A stretch of DNA of 56,783 nucleotides, filler included, from a bacterium (GTDB taxonomy: Bacteria; UBA9089; CG2-30-40-21; SBAY01), in the NCBI GenBank assembly GCA_040757115.1. It is 4 parts of 4 records of this genome, joined end to end, with 100 filler letters (N's around TTAATTAATTAA, not from the genome) between each part and the next. Parts side by side here need not be neighbours in the genome. Positions count along the whole stretch, not along the records: positions 1 to 14,258 come from JBFLYA010000094.1; 3 more parts are not named here. One strand, written 5' to 3'. Below are positions 1-10,870 of this stretch, piece by piece. Position 1 is the first letter of the stretch. Every line of letters starts with the position of its first letter. The position numbers and the translations under genes were made by a program. The notes below the pieces were generated by a model that did not search any database, was not told the DNA's origin, and saw only the letters and a program-made list of their open reading frames with translations.

Positions 1-170
1 TAATAGTCAAGAGTTTTTTATCTATCACTATAAGATTTTGACCCTACCAAAGACTTTCACTTTGTAACTTGTTCTAACTTATTAAAATATAAGAAGTTTC
101 TTTCCTAAGGATACCAAAATTTTACCCAAAATATCCATTTTTGCATGAACTTGGGTTAAGCCTAATTTCT

Positions 171-950
171 CTAATCGGAGACTAATTTTGTTATATCCTT
201 AAGAATCACATTGGGTTTAAAGATGCCATTTGCTTGTTGGGCCTCCTCGAATGTAGTAACACCTGTAAGAACTAAAACTGTTCGCGCCCCTATGCGATTC
301 CCTGCCAAGATATCAGTTTGCAAAGTGTCACCTACCAATATCACTTCACCAGTGTCTTTTCTACCATTCAATATCAATTCTAATGTAAAAATTTCCGGTT
401 TGCCCAGTATAATTGGTGAACAACCTGTGGCAGATTGTATTGCAGATACTAAAGTCCCTGCCCCTGGCAAAAAGAGGTTTTCTTTAGGAGATAGAAAATC
501 ATTATTAGTGGCAATAAAATTTGCACCCGAAAGAATTAATTGTTGGGCACTCACTAATTTTTTATAGTTAAATGTCTTATCTAATCCTACTATTACATAA
601 TCAACCTTTTTTTTACAATCTGAATTCTCAATGATTTCGACACAAACATTTTTTAATTCCTCTTTAAGTCCCTTTCCACCGATTACAAAAGCGCTTGTAT
701 TTAAAATGTTATTTCGCTCAAAGTAAATCGCAGTAGCATATGCAGCGGTCATGATCTCTTCAATAACACATTGAACGCCCATTCTTTTTAGAAAAGCTAC
801 ATAACCTTCTCTTGTCTTCGAGGTATCATTAGTTAGAAAGAATAGATTATGTCCTCTTTCCCTTAGAATTTTTAATGTCTCTGGGGCCCCGTCAATTACC
901 TTTTTACCACGATAAATAACCCCATCTAAATCAAAGATATATATTGCCAT
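171..950 (-). CDS. HAD-IIA family hydrolase (NagD-like phosphatase)
   Basis: FDLDGVIY motif I, FLTN, ATN, GKP and VGDTLQTDI motifs; start placed at the ATG of MAIYIFD (950). Confidence 0.9.
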   Translation of the reverse strand: MAIYIFDLDGVIYRGKKVIDGAPETLKILRERGHNLFFLTNDTSKTREGYVAFLKRMGVQCVIEEIMTAAYATAIYFERNNILNTSAFVIGGKGLKEELKNVCVEIIENSDCKKKVDYVIVGLDKTFNYKKLVSAQQLILSGANFIATNNDFLSPKENLFLPGAGTLVSAIQSATGCSPIILGKPEIFTLELILNGRKDTGEVILVGDTLQTDILAGNRIGARTVLVLTGVTTFEEAQQANGIFKPNVILKDITKLVSD

Positions 951-965
951 AATTCCCTTGAACAA

Positions 966-2654
966 TTAAAGTGAGCATAGAGTAGCTCCTTCTGATGTTT
1001 TCTGCACATTCCTTTTATAGACTGATAAGAAACCTCTTCTTATCCTCATTTTCGGTCTATAATTCTTAAGCCTCTCTCTAATTATGGATTCCTCCACTTC
1101 AAGGTTAATGCTTTTATTTCTTATGTCTATCTTTATCATATCACCGTTCTTGATGATTCCTATAGCACCTTTTTCTGCTGCCTCGGGACAAATATGTCCT
1201 ATTGCCAGGCCTTTCGTAGCGCCGGAAAATCTCCCGTCGGTTACAACCGCCATGTGCTGATCAAATCCCTTGGCACATAAAGCAGCGGTAACCCCTAACA
1301 TCTCTCTCATGCCAGGCCCACCTTTTGGTCCCTCATTTCTGACAACCACCACTTCTTTCCTGGGTTCTTTTAAGGTATAAAGATATCTTACAGCTTCCTC
1401 TTCAGATTCAAAAACTTTTGCCTTTGCTTTAAAAATCAGCATACTTTCACTGACCGCACTCTTTTTTACAACAGCGCCACATTCTGCTATATTCCCTTTA
1501 AGCACAACAATTCCACCATCTTTTGTAATAAGGTCATCTATGTTCCTTATCACTCTTCTATTTTTGATTTCGGCTTTTTTTATATGGGAATCGATGGTTA
1601 TACCATCTACTGTCATAACCCCTTTGTTAACTAACGGGCCAAGTGCCTTTAAAATCGCCGGGACCCCGCCAGCCCTTTCCAAATTACTCAAAGTATATAC
1701 ACCACTTGGCGTTAATGAGCAGAGATATGGAGTATTTTCACTCAATTTATCAAAATCCTCCAAATCAATACTAATGCCGTTTTCTTTTGCTATTGCTGTC
1801 AGGTGCAAAATCGCATTCGTGGAACCTCCAGTAGATAAAATAACTCTTATAGAATTTTCTATAGATTCTTTTTTTACTATTTTCTTTGGGGTAATATTTC
1901 TCTTCAGCAGATACATGATTTTGCTTCCACTTTCAAAAGCATATTTCAGCCGTCTTTTACTCGTTGCAAGTGGCGTGCTACCTCCTGACAAGATCATTCC
2001 CATCGCTTCTGCCGCTAATGCCATCGTATTAGCTGTAGCCATGTGTGAACATGACCCCGGGGCAGGACATACAGACTTCTCAAATACCTTTAATTCTTCC
2101 TTTGTAATTTCTTTATTAAAATAACGCCAAGCCATTTCATATGCATCTCCACTGCAAAGATTTCTTTTCTCACCAAAAACCCCTGCTTTCATTGGACCGC
2201 CATTTAGTAAAATGGCAGGGATATCGAGTCTCATTGCTGCCATCAACATTCCTGGGATAGCCTTATCACAAGAGGCGACCATAACCATTGCGTCGAAACC
2301 GTGGGCACGGATCATAATCTCTACACTTGCAGCTATAACCTCTCTGCTTGGTAAGGAATACCTCATACCATTATGCATCATCGCGATCCCATCACATATT
2401 CCAATAGTATTAAATTCAAGAGGAGTTCCTCCTAAATCGATAATTCCTTTCTTTATGAATTTGGCTAACCTTCTTAAATGGACATGACCAGGGTTGACTT
2501 CGCTCCATGAGTTGGCTATAGCTATTAAAGGCCTTCTAATTTGATCTTCAGTTAAACCTGTTGCCATTAATAAGGCTCTATGAGCAACTCGTTCTATCCC
2601 TCCAAATACTGCGTCGCTGTTTTTTTTATAATTCTTTACTCTCATTTTCTTCAC
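966..2654 (-). CDS. ilvD: Dihydroxy-acid dehydratase (IlvD/Edd family)
   Basis: NPGHVHL, ICDGIAM, SCDKAIPG, GGSTNAILHL, EGPKGGPGMREM and TDGRFSG motifs. Confidence 0.93.
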   Translation of the reverse strand: MKKMRVKNYKKNSDAVFGGIERVAHRALLMATGLTEDQIRRPLIAIANSWSEVNPGHVHLRRLAKFIKKGIIDLGGTPLEFNTIGICDGIAMMHNGMRYSLPSREVIAASVEIMIRAHGFDAMVMVASCDKAIPGMLMAAMRLDIPAILLNGGPMKAGVFGEKRNLCSGDAYEMAWRYFNKEITKEELKVFEKSVCPAPGSCSHMATANTMALAAEAMGMILSGGSTPLATSKRRLKYAFESGSKIMYLLKRNITPKKIVKKESIENSIRVILSTGGSTNAILHLTAIAKENGISIDLEDFDKLSENTPYLCSLTPSGVYTLSNLERAGGVPAILKALGPLVNKGVMTVDGITIDSHIKKAEIKNRRVIRNIDDLITKDGGIVVLKGNIAECGAVVKKSAVSESMLIFKAKAKVFESEEEAVRYLYTLKEPRKEVVVVRNEGPKGGPGMREMLGVTAALCAKGFDQHMAVVTDGRFSGATKGLAIGHICPEAAEKGAIGIIKNGDMIKIDIRNKSINLEVEESIIRERLKNYRPKMRIRRGFLSVYKRNVQKTSEGATLCSL

Positions 2655-2693
2655 CCTAATTCATCCGTTAATTACCTGGAATAGATCCGTGAT

Positions 2694-3353
2694 CTACCTC
2701 GTATCACCTAAAATAACGCACGGAGTTCCATCCAGACCGATAAAGAGAGGATAAACATGTACGGTATGTATCTTTTCGATGTAATAGGATAATCTCATAT
2801 CTTCAATGATATATATAGGCGCTTTACTATCACGGGCAAGCAATATTTCATGGACTCTGTGGTTTTCCTCAGGGTAAAGGGAACTCCCTATGGAGATCGT
2901 ATCTATTCCGACAGATTTCAAAGCAGGAAAGGTTTTCTTTAAGTACTGTGCAGCATCCTCCGATATGCCTGGATTCTTCTTAATGTACTTTTCTGGATCT
3001 GAAAATCGATGTTCACCAAATCCTGTTCTGATCAAAAGTAGGTCGCATTTTTTGATTTCACTTTCATATCTCTTCAAATGCTTTCTTTCAATGATTTGTC
3101 TCTCTTTTACAGTAATATCAAGAAAGGCAACTTCATAGTAGGAGAATTCTTCAATGGCTTCTTTGGTATCTCGTTCTTCATATACATGGAGAGGATAATC
3201 AATATGGGTTCCTGTATGGGTGTTCAGCGTTAAACCATAAATGTTCTTTCTATCTCCCTTTTGTATACTGCGAACTGTATGTATAGATAGTCTTTTCAGT
3301 GAGGGATATACAGGCGTATTTTTATATATCGGATAAGAAAGTTTTACGAGCAT
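2694..3353 (-). CDS. Cyclase / kynurenine formamidase-like metal hydrolase
   Basis: HTGTHIDxP, LLIRTG, GIDTIS and VHEILL motifs. Confidence 0.85.
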   Translation of the reverse strand: MLVKLSYPIYKNTPVYPSLKRLSIHTVRSIQKGDRKNIYGLTLNTHTGTHIDYPLHVYEERDTKEAIEEFSYYEVAFLDITVKERQIIERKHLKRYESEIKKCDLLLIRTGFGEHRFSDPEKYIKKNPGISEDAAQYLKKTFPALKSVGIDTISIGSSLYPEENHRVHEILLARDSKAPIYIIEDMRLSYYIEKIHTVHVYPLFIGLDGTPCVILGDTR

Positions 3354-4522
3354 GACTCTGTCCTTTTCTTCATAAAAGCCTCAAACCTGTTCATTGTCTC
3401 ATTGAGATACTTTTCTTCTAACAAGAAACTCATTCGAAAATACCCTTCTCCCTTTTCTCCAAATGCATTTCCTGGAACGACCACAATTCCTGCTTCTTTA
3501 AGCAGAACTTGTGAAAATTCCCTTGACGAGGAAAATCCCATAGGTACTTTTGCCCAAATATAAAACCCTCCTTCACTTTCAAAAAAATCAATCCCCATTC
3601 GTCTTAACCTATCATTTACCAGATTCCTTCGTTTGTTATATATATCCAGATGTTTCTCTATGTAGTCATCACATCTCAATAGTACTTCGGCGCCAGCATA
3701 CTGAATTGGTAAAAATATTCCGTCATCGATATATGCTTTGACCCTTTGGAGTCCTAATATTATCTCTTGATTCCCGACAATAAATCCTAATCTCCATCCA
3801 GTCATACTATAGCTTTTGGAAAGTGAATGGAACTCTACACAAAATTCTTTTGTATCATTGAATTGTAAGGGAGATATCCTTTCTCTTACAAATGTAATTT
3901 CCGAATAAACATTATCATAGCAGATGATAAGATTATGCTCTCTCGCAAATTCTAAACAGGTTTCCAATCGATCTTTCCGTATTAAAGCACCTGTGGGATT
4001 ATGAGGATAATTAAGAATCATTAATTTTGCTTTTCTGGCGACATCATGAGGAATGTCTTCTGGACATGGTTGAAAGTGTTTATCAAGTGGCATCAGATAC
4101 TGCTGTCCACCCGATAGAATAACTCCTGCATGGTACATCGGATGAGCTATCTCTGGTAGAATTACAATTTCATCTTCTTCAACTAATATTATCATAAGAT
4201 GTATGATACCTTCTTTCGAACCAAGTAAAGGGGTTATTTCACTCTGAGGATCAAGTATTATATTGAATCTTTTGTGATACCACTGTGCGATTGCCTCTCT
4301 TAAGAGCAAAAGCCCATTGCCGAGAGCATAGCGATGATTCTCTTTAATTTCAACCTGTTCTTGCAACTTCCTTACTGCTTCCTCAGGTGCTGCAAAATCA
4401 GGATCACCCAATGATAGATCATAGGTTGGAATTTTCATAATTTCCATTGTACTCTTCTGATTTTTTAATTCGATGAAGGGATATTCTTGCAATCTGTCAT
4501 AACGTCTGTTGAATTTTATCAT
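3344..4522 (-). CDS. PLP-dependent aminotransferase class I/II (LL-DAP aminotransferase-like)
   Basis: LGDPD, GSKEG, NYPHNPTG, DNVY and SLSKSYSMTGWRLG (PLP lysine). Confidence 0.9.
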   Translation of the reverse strand: MIKFNRRYDRLQEYPFIELKNQKSTMEIMKIPTYDLSLGDPDFAAPEEAVRKLQEQVEIKENHRYALGNGLLLLREAIAQWYHKRFNIILDPQSEITPLLGSKEGIIHLMIILVEEDEIVILPEIAHPMYHAGVILSGGQQYLMPLDKHFQPCPEDIPHDVARKAKLMILNYPHNPTGALIRKDRLETCLEFAREHNLIICYDNVYSEITFVRERISPLQFNDTKEFCVEFHSLSKSYSMTGWRLGFIVGNQEIILGLQRVKAYIDDGIFLPIQYAGAEVLLRCDDYIEKHLDIYNKRRNLVNDRLRRMGIDFFESEGGFYIWAKVPMGFSSSREFSQVLLKEAGIVVVPGNAFGEKGEGYFRMSFLLEEKYLNETMNRFEAFMKKRTESCS

Positions 4523-4546
4523 GATACCTTTCTCCTTTATAATTCA

Positions 4547-6145
4547 TTAGCATATTCCGAAAATACGTTCTTTGTCTCTGATTTTTTTTACCGCGTATTT
4601 ATATTTTTTTTGAATATGCTTATCTACCCACTCATATAAATCCTTATCATCCCTCTTTCCCCACCCCATCCTCACATTGTATGGTTTAATAAAATGATAA
4701 TTGTTTAAGATATCTGCAAGTAATCCCTCAATCAATCGGATTTCCTTTAAATCATTGGTGAATGAGCTTTTCTTAGTAGCCATTTTTAAAATATCCAAAA
4801 GTATTTTTTCTCTTATCATCGCGATTCCCGAGAAATCCTGTTTCCCTCTCAATATCATCAGAAGTTGCTCATCATTGATTTTGAGATTAAGAGGACCATT
4901 AATTATTTTTGATTTTTCGGTCTCAATGATATCCATGTAGCTACACAGATTCATTTCACTCTCTTGTAAAACAATTGGGAGATTGGCCCTTCTTAAAAAG
5001 AACTTAATGAAGTTTTCAATATAATCAATAACTTTATTTATTAGTTCACCTTGTTCATTAGTAGTCGTAGGAATGTGAAAAATTTCGCTTAACCTTTGTA
5101 GCTTCTGGACGGCACTCGTGGATTCTTGCACTAAGAAACGAAGGGTGCTGGGGAGTAATATGGCAACCATGTTCCCATGCATTATTTTGTATTTGTTGCA
5201 AAGATGCACTAAACTGTGTGCGAGTCCTAATCCACCCTTTTCATATGTAACATTAAAGTTAGAAATTGCATGAAGATAGCCTGCGATACTTAACTCCCAC
5301 AAAATATTTTCATTTATGTTTCCTTCTAAGTACGATGGCAAATTTTTATCAAAGAGTCTGATGGCTTCCAACGACAAAAGGTCATTGAATGTATTTGAAT
5401 TGGGGTTCACGAATGTTTCTATTGACTGGCAAAATCCATCAAGTCCGGTTATGGTTGCCTGCCTTACAGAGACTGACGAGAGAAAAAGAGGGTCAATGAG
5501 CACAAAAGGGACTTTTAGTCCTCTAACACTTGTCTTAATATCACCATTACCAATATATACAGCACAATCATTTCCCTCAGATCCTGAGCTCACAATGGTC
5601 GGCACAGCAATCATCTGTATTCTCTTTTCACTATTGAATGGTTGTTTATCTATTAAATAGTCTTCAATCTCACCCTCTTGAAGAGCAAGAGATGCTGTAC
5701 ACTTAGCCACGTCGATAACCGTTCCTCCACCTAACGCAATCAAGACATCCACCGCCTCTCTGCATATTATATCAGTGAGTTCTTTTATTGCAGTAATTGA
5801 AGGTTCTTGAATTTTATTAAAGTAAATAAACTTATTATTTAAATTATTAAGTGATCTTCTGATCATTGGTAAATATGTATTTGAGAAATGAATATCTTTA
5901 TATGTTGCAATAAGAATAGATTTTGCTGTCTTAATCTCAGGAATAATATCAGCCATACGCAATAGAATATTATTTCCGATGAATGCTCTTCCCAAAAATC
6001 GGACGTGTTTCTTTATTTCCTCCGTGAAAAGTATTTCTCCTGTTACCGAATCAATATCAAACAGTGATTTAAACCCATTTACTAAATCTTTCATCCTTTT
6101 TTTCCTTGGTATATTTACTCTGTTTACTTTAGATTGCACCTTCAC
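4547..6145 (-). CDS. Iron-containing alcohol dehydrogenase family protein with N- and C-terminal extensions
   Basis: ALGGGTVIDVAK, AVPTxxSSGSE, LIDP, GLAHSLVH and MHG motifs; 532 aa, longer than typical members. Confidence 0.8.
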   Translation of the reverse strand: MKVQSKVNRVNIPRKKRMKDLVNGFKSLFDIDSVTGEILFTEEIKKHVRFLGRAFIGNNILLRMADIIPEIKTAKSILIATYKDIHFSNTYLPMIRRSLNNLNNKFIYFNKIQEPSITAIKELTDIICREAVDVLIALGGGTVIDVAKCTASLALQEGEIEDYLIDKQPFNSEKRIQMIAVPTIVSSGSEGNDCAVYIGNGDIKTSVRGLKVPFVLIDPLFLSSVSVRQATITGLDGFCQSIETFVNPNSNTFNDLLSLEAIRLFDKNLPSYLEGNINENILWELSIAGYLHAISNFNVTYEKGGLGLAHSLVHLCNKYKIMHGNMVAILLPSTLRFLVQESTSAVQKLQRLSEIFHIPTTTNEQGELINKVIDYIENFIKFFLRRANLPIVLQESEMNLCSYMDIIETEKSKIINGPLNLKINDEQLLMILRGKQDFSGIAMIREKILLDILKMATKKSSFTNDLKEIRLIEGLLADILNNYHFIKPYNVRMGWGKRDDKDLYEWVDKHIQKKYKYAVKKIRDKERIFGIC

Positions 6146-6803
6146 TCTTTAGAAGTTTGTGAAGTGATTCTATAAAGAATATGATGCTAAAAATAATTAA
6201 TATCACCGATAAAATGATAACCAGAACTTTATATTTCTTTTGGATAATTCTGCTGAATTTGTCTTTTGTAATCAAATACACAATTGTTCCAAATATGGAG
6301 AACAGAGCACTCAGAAAACCTAGCTCAAAGGATACTACATATCCTTGTCCCCTTTGTTTTAACTCCCACAGGGTCTTCAGACCTATTGTGCTCGTCCACA
6401 CGACGGCATAGGGGTTAAAAATAGTGATGTAAAAACCCTTCCACATTGTGCTTTCAAAAGACTTTTTTTCGTCTGAATTGTTGAACGGATACTTTGATTT
6501 TCTAATCCCTTCCATTCCTATAAGGAGCAACAGGACCGAACTGACGAAACCTAACGAAATTATAAAATGTTTGTTTCCTATATTTTGGATACCCAGCGTT
6601 AAAATAATTCCCATTATAATGATTGCACCTGTTGTACCTACTATGAATTTGATTCCTGATCTTCTTCCTTTGTGAATTGTTTCAGCTACTAACAGTGCCA
6701 TATGGGGACCCGGCATTAGAAATATGGGTGCCCCCAGGAGATACCCTTTTATATAAACTATAATTAATGCCTTATATGATATTTCCATTTGCAACAGTTC
6801 CAA
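6129..6803 (-). CDS. LysE/RhtB family exporter
   Basis: MPGP, GFYITIFNPY motifs and about six hydrophobic segments; true start probably a few codons downstream. Confidence 0.82.
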   Translation of the reverse strand: MELLQMEISYKALIIVYIKGYLLGAPIFLMPGPHMALLVAETIHKGRRSGIKFIVGTTGAIIIMGIILTLGIQNIGNKHFIISLGFVSSVLLLLIGMEGIRKSKYPFNNSDEKKSFESTMWKGFYITIFNPYAVVWTSTIGLKTLWELKQRGQGYVVSFELGFLSALFSIFGTIVYLITKDKFSRIIQKKYKVLVIILSVILIIFSIIFFIESLHKLLKSEGAI

Positions 6804-7968
6804 TATGGTTCCATGGAAAATGTCGAGGTGGCATTTGATTGTCCTTTATCCTCTCAGAAATATCCACCGTATTGAATTTATATATCCACTTTACCTTCAC
6901 AATATCGATGCGCATATGATTGGGATATAATGAAAAAATATTTTTCTCAATATAGTCAAGCAATATACTTTCATTGCGGGTGTGTGCTGCCAGCACAAAA
7001 TTATAATTGTTGCCTTCTAAAGATACAACTACGCAAAACAAGTCTAGGTTCAATAAATGTGTTTTGATTTTTTTCTGCACTTCCTCCGAAACAAAATCAC
7101 ATATTTTAATGTAAAGTTGAAACCGTTCGGTACCACTCTCGTCCTTTATAATCACTGTAGGACTAATTATCTTCTTTTTTATAAGTAAATACAATAATAC
7201 TTTTACCCTCAGTTTTGATAAGTTGGTCTCTTTCGATAGGCGGTGTACAGATGGTATAGGATTATTGCCAAGTGCCTCTATTAATTTTTTTTCATTCTCA
7301 CTCAAGTGATAAGTCTTGCATCTTTTTTTGTAGTATTCTATTTTCCTATGTGATAATTTAGGCGGGTCATAGCTTCTTATAAAAAGACTATCTCCCGTAT
7401 CATTCTCGCTGAAGTAATAACGTACTGCCCCATGATATTTAGGAGAATCAAACCTTCCTGCCTCTTTAAATATCATATCCACTCTGTCATATATAATTTT
7501 CTCAACAAGAGAACTTTCTTTTAGCAAACAGAATATAGGATTCTCCTCAATTGGCTCATTGTGTCCAAATATTCCCACACTAAGTTGAAATTGACTATAA
7601 TTTTCATAGACATAGAGTGTTAGATGACTCTCAGATAATCTCTTTATTAACTGTACTATCGCTGTTTTCTCATTTTCAGTGGAAACATCCTTTATGATGA
7701 TTAATGTTGCATAGATTTGATAGGGAAGGACATTCCAATTAATATGCACAATCGGCAAAAGATATCGTTTCTGAAATAGGTTCTTTATACGCTGTTTTGT
7801 CTCAGAGATATTCAAACCTATCTTTTTCGACAGTTTCTCAGGCCTTATGTAAAGGCATGATTTTAGATGTATGGCAATATCAACATCCTTCTTATCTAAA
7901 TTTATCCAAAGTAAGTTATCCTGTATTGTAATATTAACATCCTTCTTATCTAAAAATAAGTCATCCAT
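6772..7968 (-). CDS. Tandem (two-module) Lrp/AsnC-like regulator
   Basis: Two HTH-like segments (LDKKDVDIA...LSKKIGLNISETKQRIKNL; LSENEKKLIEAL...LSKETNLSKLRV), each followed by a RAM-like region. Confidence 0.55.
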   Translation of the reverse strand: MDDLFLDKKDVNITIQDNLLWINLDKKDVDIAIHLKSCLYIRPEKLSKKIGLNISETKQRIKNLFQKRYLLPIVHINWNVLPYQIYATLIIIKDVSTENEKTAIVQLIKRLSESHLTLYVYENYSQFQLSVGIFGHNEPIEENPIFCLLKESSLVEKIIYDRVDMIFKEAGRFDSPKYHGAVRYYFSENDTGDSLFIRSYDPPKLSHRKIEYYKKRCKTYHLSENEKKLIEALGNNPIPSVHRLSKETNLSKLRVKVLLYLLIKKKIISPTVIIKDESGTERFQLYIKICDFVSEEVQKKIKTHLLNLDLFCVVVSLEGNNYNFVLAAHTRNESILLDYIEKNIFSLYPNHMRIDIVKVKWIYKFNTVDISERIKDNQMPPRHFPWNHIGTVANGNII

Positions 7969-7984
7969 ATTATATCCTTATATC

Positions 7985-9415
7985 TTATTGATGGGGTCTA
8001 CTGCGATTAATGGTCCGGCATTTTCTATACATCTCAATATAATAAAACAGCCATCCTATACCCATAACTGCAGTCCAGAAGGCTGCCATTTTAATGACTG
8101 TATAATATAATCCAATAAGTATTATGAGATAAACCAGCATACTAATTACTCCCATTATACGCATAAGTTTTAATATATTTCTTGTGTTCTTAGGAAATAT
8201 GTTACTCAACTCCTCTTCCCTTATCTTGAAAGGCATATAGCTAGTCACCAGCAGACCAAAACTATATGAGAAATTGGCATAAAAACCCAAGACAGGATTA
8301 GTAATAAATATTAATATAAGGAAGGCAATAGTATATACAATAACAAGTTGTACCACTGGGGTGGAAAATGTTCGAGATACGTAAGTCAGCCCTTTTACTT
8401 TATTGAAAAAGCCATCTATTGATACTGCATACCCGTGCCTTGCAGAGCGGAATCCTAACATGAACATATTATCGAAGACAGCAACAAACAAGAGGAATGT
8501 AATAAATGCATATACTGATGCCGGCATATAGATTGAGAGAGCATCAATAGCGGTGAAATCTTTGTTTATCCCGACTTTGATATATATATATTGCCAAGGA
8601 ACCGCATTATAAAGAACATAACTGACTATGATATAGAAAATAGTGGCAAGGGTTAATGCAATGATGATTACTTTCCAAATCTTTCTCCTTACTTCAGTAT
8701 GTATTTCTGCTCCAGCATTCTGAGTGAATGTAACACCTCCGTAGCTAAACATCAGGATAGCTATTCCCATCAAAAGTCCCTTCCAGGTAATCGGAGGATA
8801 ATTTGAATTTTCGAGGATTTTTATAAGTGATTCCTGACTTTCTATTGTGCTAAGGAAGTCGTTATAATTATGCCCGATAGCATAATAGGTAAATAAAAGT
8901 AGCAAAACAAGTGTTATTCCTGAAGTAATCAGAGTTGCTTTTCCCTCCATTCCCGTATAATTTACGAAGAAACTTATTCCCATCAGAATTGTTGAGACAA
9001 CCAGTAAATTATCAATGATGAAGTTTGAAAGTTCAAGAAATCCCATAAGTTTGAACAACTGGGCTAAAATGACCGTGCCTGTGATTGCAGCGCCCTGTAA
9101 CTGCATAGGAATTACAAACCAATATCCCCATGTGTTAATAGCTCCCCAGAAGGGGCTTACCTTTCGTGTCAAATAAGTATAGTCTCCTCCATAGCTCGGC
9201 CAAATTGATGATGAAACTCCCGCAATAAATGCTGAAAAAAATGCAGGGATGGCACCAATTATAAGTGCCAAATATACAAAATTCCCTATAGTTTCTTTCT
9301 GTAATTTACCCAATACCTGAACAGAGATAATAAATATCCCCAGTCCAACACATACTGAAAAAGACATTGAGATTAATTCAAGAAAACTATACTTTGGGGT
9401 TTTAATATCACTCAT
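7985..9415 (-). CDS. APC family amino acid/polyamine permease
   Basis: VGLGIF, PSYGGDYTY, FSYGG and TP motifs; about 12 transmembrane segments. Confidence 0.85.
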   Translation of the reverse strand: MSDIKTPKYSFLELISMSFSVCVGLGIFIISVQVLGKLQKETIGNFVYLALIIGAIPAFFSAFIAGVSSSIWPSYGGDYTYLTRKVSPFWGAINTWGYWFVIPMQLQGAAITGTVILAQLFKLMGFLELSNFIIDNLLVVSTILMGISFFVNYTGMEGKATLITSGITLVLLLLFTYYAIGHNYNDFLSTIESQESLIKILENSNYPPITWKGLLMGIAILMFSYGGVTFTQNAGAEIHTEVRRKIWKVIIIALTLATIFYIIVSYVLYNAVPWQYIYIKVGINKDFTAIDALSIYMPASVYAFITFLLFVAVFDNMFMLGFRSARHGYAVSIDGFFNKVKGLTYVSRTFSTPVVQLVIVYTIAFLILIFITNPVLGFYANFSYSFGLLVTSYMPFKIREEELSNIFPKNTRNILKLMRIMGVISMLVYLIILIGLYYTVIKMAAFWTAVMGIGWLFYYIEMYRKCRTINRSRPHQ

Positions 9416-9442
9416 ATGGACACTCCTTTTCTCTGGAAGTTA

Positions 9443-10870
9443 TCATTCCTTTTGTTTCTTCCTTAAGTCTACAATTCTGTTTCCTTTTAATGACCCTTCT
9501 ATTATATCGGTAGATATGTCATCCTTATCTTTTACGATTACTTCTGGAGTTATTTCTGTCAATGATTTGACTTCATTTTTAATATTTCTGATTAGTTCGT
9601 TATGATCTTTTTCTTTACTCGCTATTTCAATCAACAATTTATCTAATGAATAAATATCCTTTTCGTTCTGTTTTGTAATGACAATTCGAAATTCTTGCAA
9701 ATAGCTTGTTGAATTAAGAAAATCTAATAAAGAATTCAAATTTATTGTAGTCCCTTTGATTTTCGTAATATTGAGTGATCTACAATATTCATCACTTCTT
9801 CCCAATGGCCCAAGAATTCGAGGGAGCGTTAATTCGCAGTGAGGACATTTTCTATATGATATCCCTCCTTCTGCTTGATCCCCGATTAAATAGCGTAGTA
9901 AGATAGTTCCATGACCATCGAGATGAGTAAAAGCTATGTCCCCCCCTTTTTCCCATCCTATATTTTTTCCTGTTTTAGGGTCGACACATTCCCAAAAAAT
10001 AACCTCAGGATTAGCATGGTAGCCGCTATATGGCGCACATTCCATTGCGACTAGCTTAGTTTCCACTACGCCATAACCATCCCTCACACATTTTTTCTCT
10101 TTTCCACCAAGTTGTTCCACCATTTCCTCTATTTTCTGTCTTAAGCCATCAGATAATCTTTCCCCCCCAGTGATAATTCCCTTTAACTGCTTGAATTTTA
10201 CTCCTTGTTCTAAAGCTTTAGAAAGGAAGTAATTTATATAACTAGTTGTGCCGGCCAACCAGTTACATTCAAATTTCTCTGAAAGTTCTATTTGGCGTTT
10301 AGTCCCCAGAACAGATCCTGTGTGCACGCCGGTAAGACCCATCTCTTCAGTAGCAAAATATACAATCCAGAAGGCAAGATGAGGTGCATAGGGAAACAAT
10401 GAAATAAATTTATCTTCTAAGGAAACACCGGCGATCTGGGCATTCTTTGCATAAATCTGCTTGAATATTGTCAGATCATACTTCGTAAAAAAAATTGGTG
10501 TTGAATTACTGGTCCTTCCAGATGTTGCAGTAAAAAAGGAGGGACGATATTTAGATTGAAGAAGGGATTTCACCTTTGTTTTCCCCATGAGTATCCATTT
10601 TATCTTTGTTGGAAAATGGAGGCTCGATTTTATTGTTTTTTCTGAAGGTTGGAGAATAAAAGATCTTGGGGAATTAATAAGATCCTCTTTTGTCGTAAAG
10701 GGAAGCATTTCAAGATCATTTATAGATCGTATACTGTAAGGATTTATTTTCATTTTTTTGAACATTTCCTTATAGAACGGATGAAAATGAACAATTTTAT
10801 TTTGGACCATATCTTGCAGTTTATAATTCTGTAACCTAATTACTTCTTCTTTAGATTTAAATTTGTACAT
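9443..10870 (-). CDS. Phenylacetate-CoA ligase (PaaK)-like AMP-forming ligase
   Basis: LPFTTKEDL, ATSGRTS P-loop, ITGGE, GYGVVE, LLRYLIGD and GRSD motifs. Confidence 0.85.
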   Translation of the reverse strand: MYKFKSKEEVIRLQNYKLQDMVQNKIVHFHPFYKEMFKKMKINPYSIRSINDLEMLPFTTKEDLINSPRSFILQPSEKTIKSSLHFPTKIKWILMGKTKVKSLLQSKYRPSFFTATSGRTSNSTPIFFTKYDLTIFKQIYAKNAQIAGVSLEDKFISLFPYAPHLAFWIVYFATEEMGLTGVHTGSVLGTKRQIELSEKFECNWLAGTTSYINYFLSKALEQGVKFKQLKGIITGGERLSDGLRQKIEEMVEQLGGKEKKCVRDGYGVVETKLVAMECAPYSGYHANPEVIFWECVDPKTGKNIGWEKGGDIAFTHLDGHGTILLRYLIGDQAEGGISYRKCPHCELTLPRILGPLGRSDEYCRSLNITKIKGTTINLNSLLDFLNSTSYLQEFRIVITKQNEKDIYSLDKLLIEIASKEKDHNELIRNIKNEVKSLTEITPEVIVKDKDDISTDIIEGSLKGNRIVDLRKKQKE

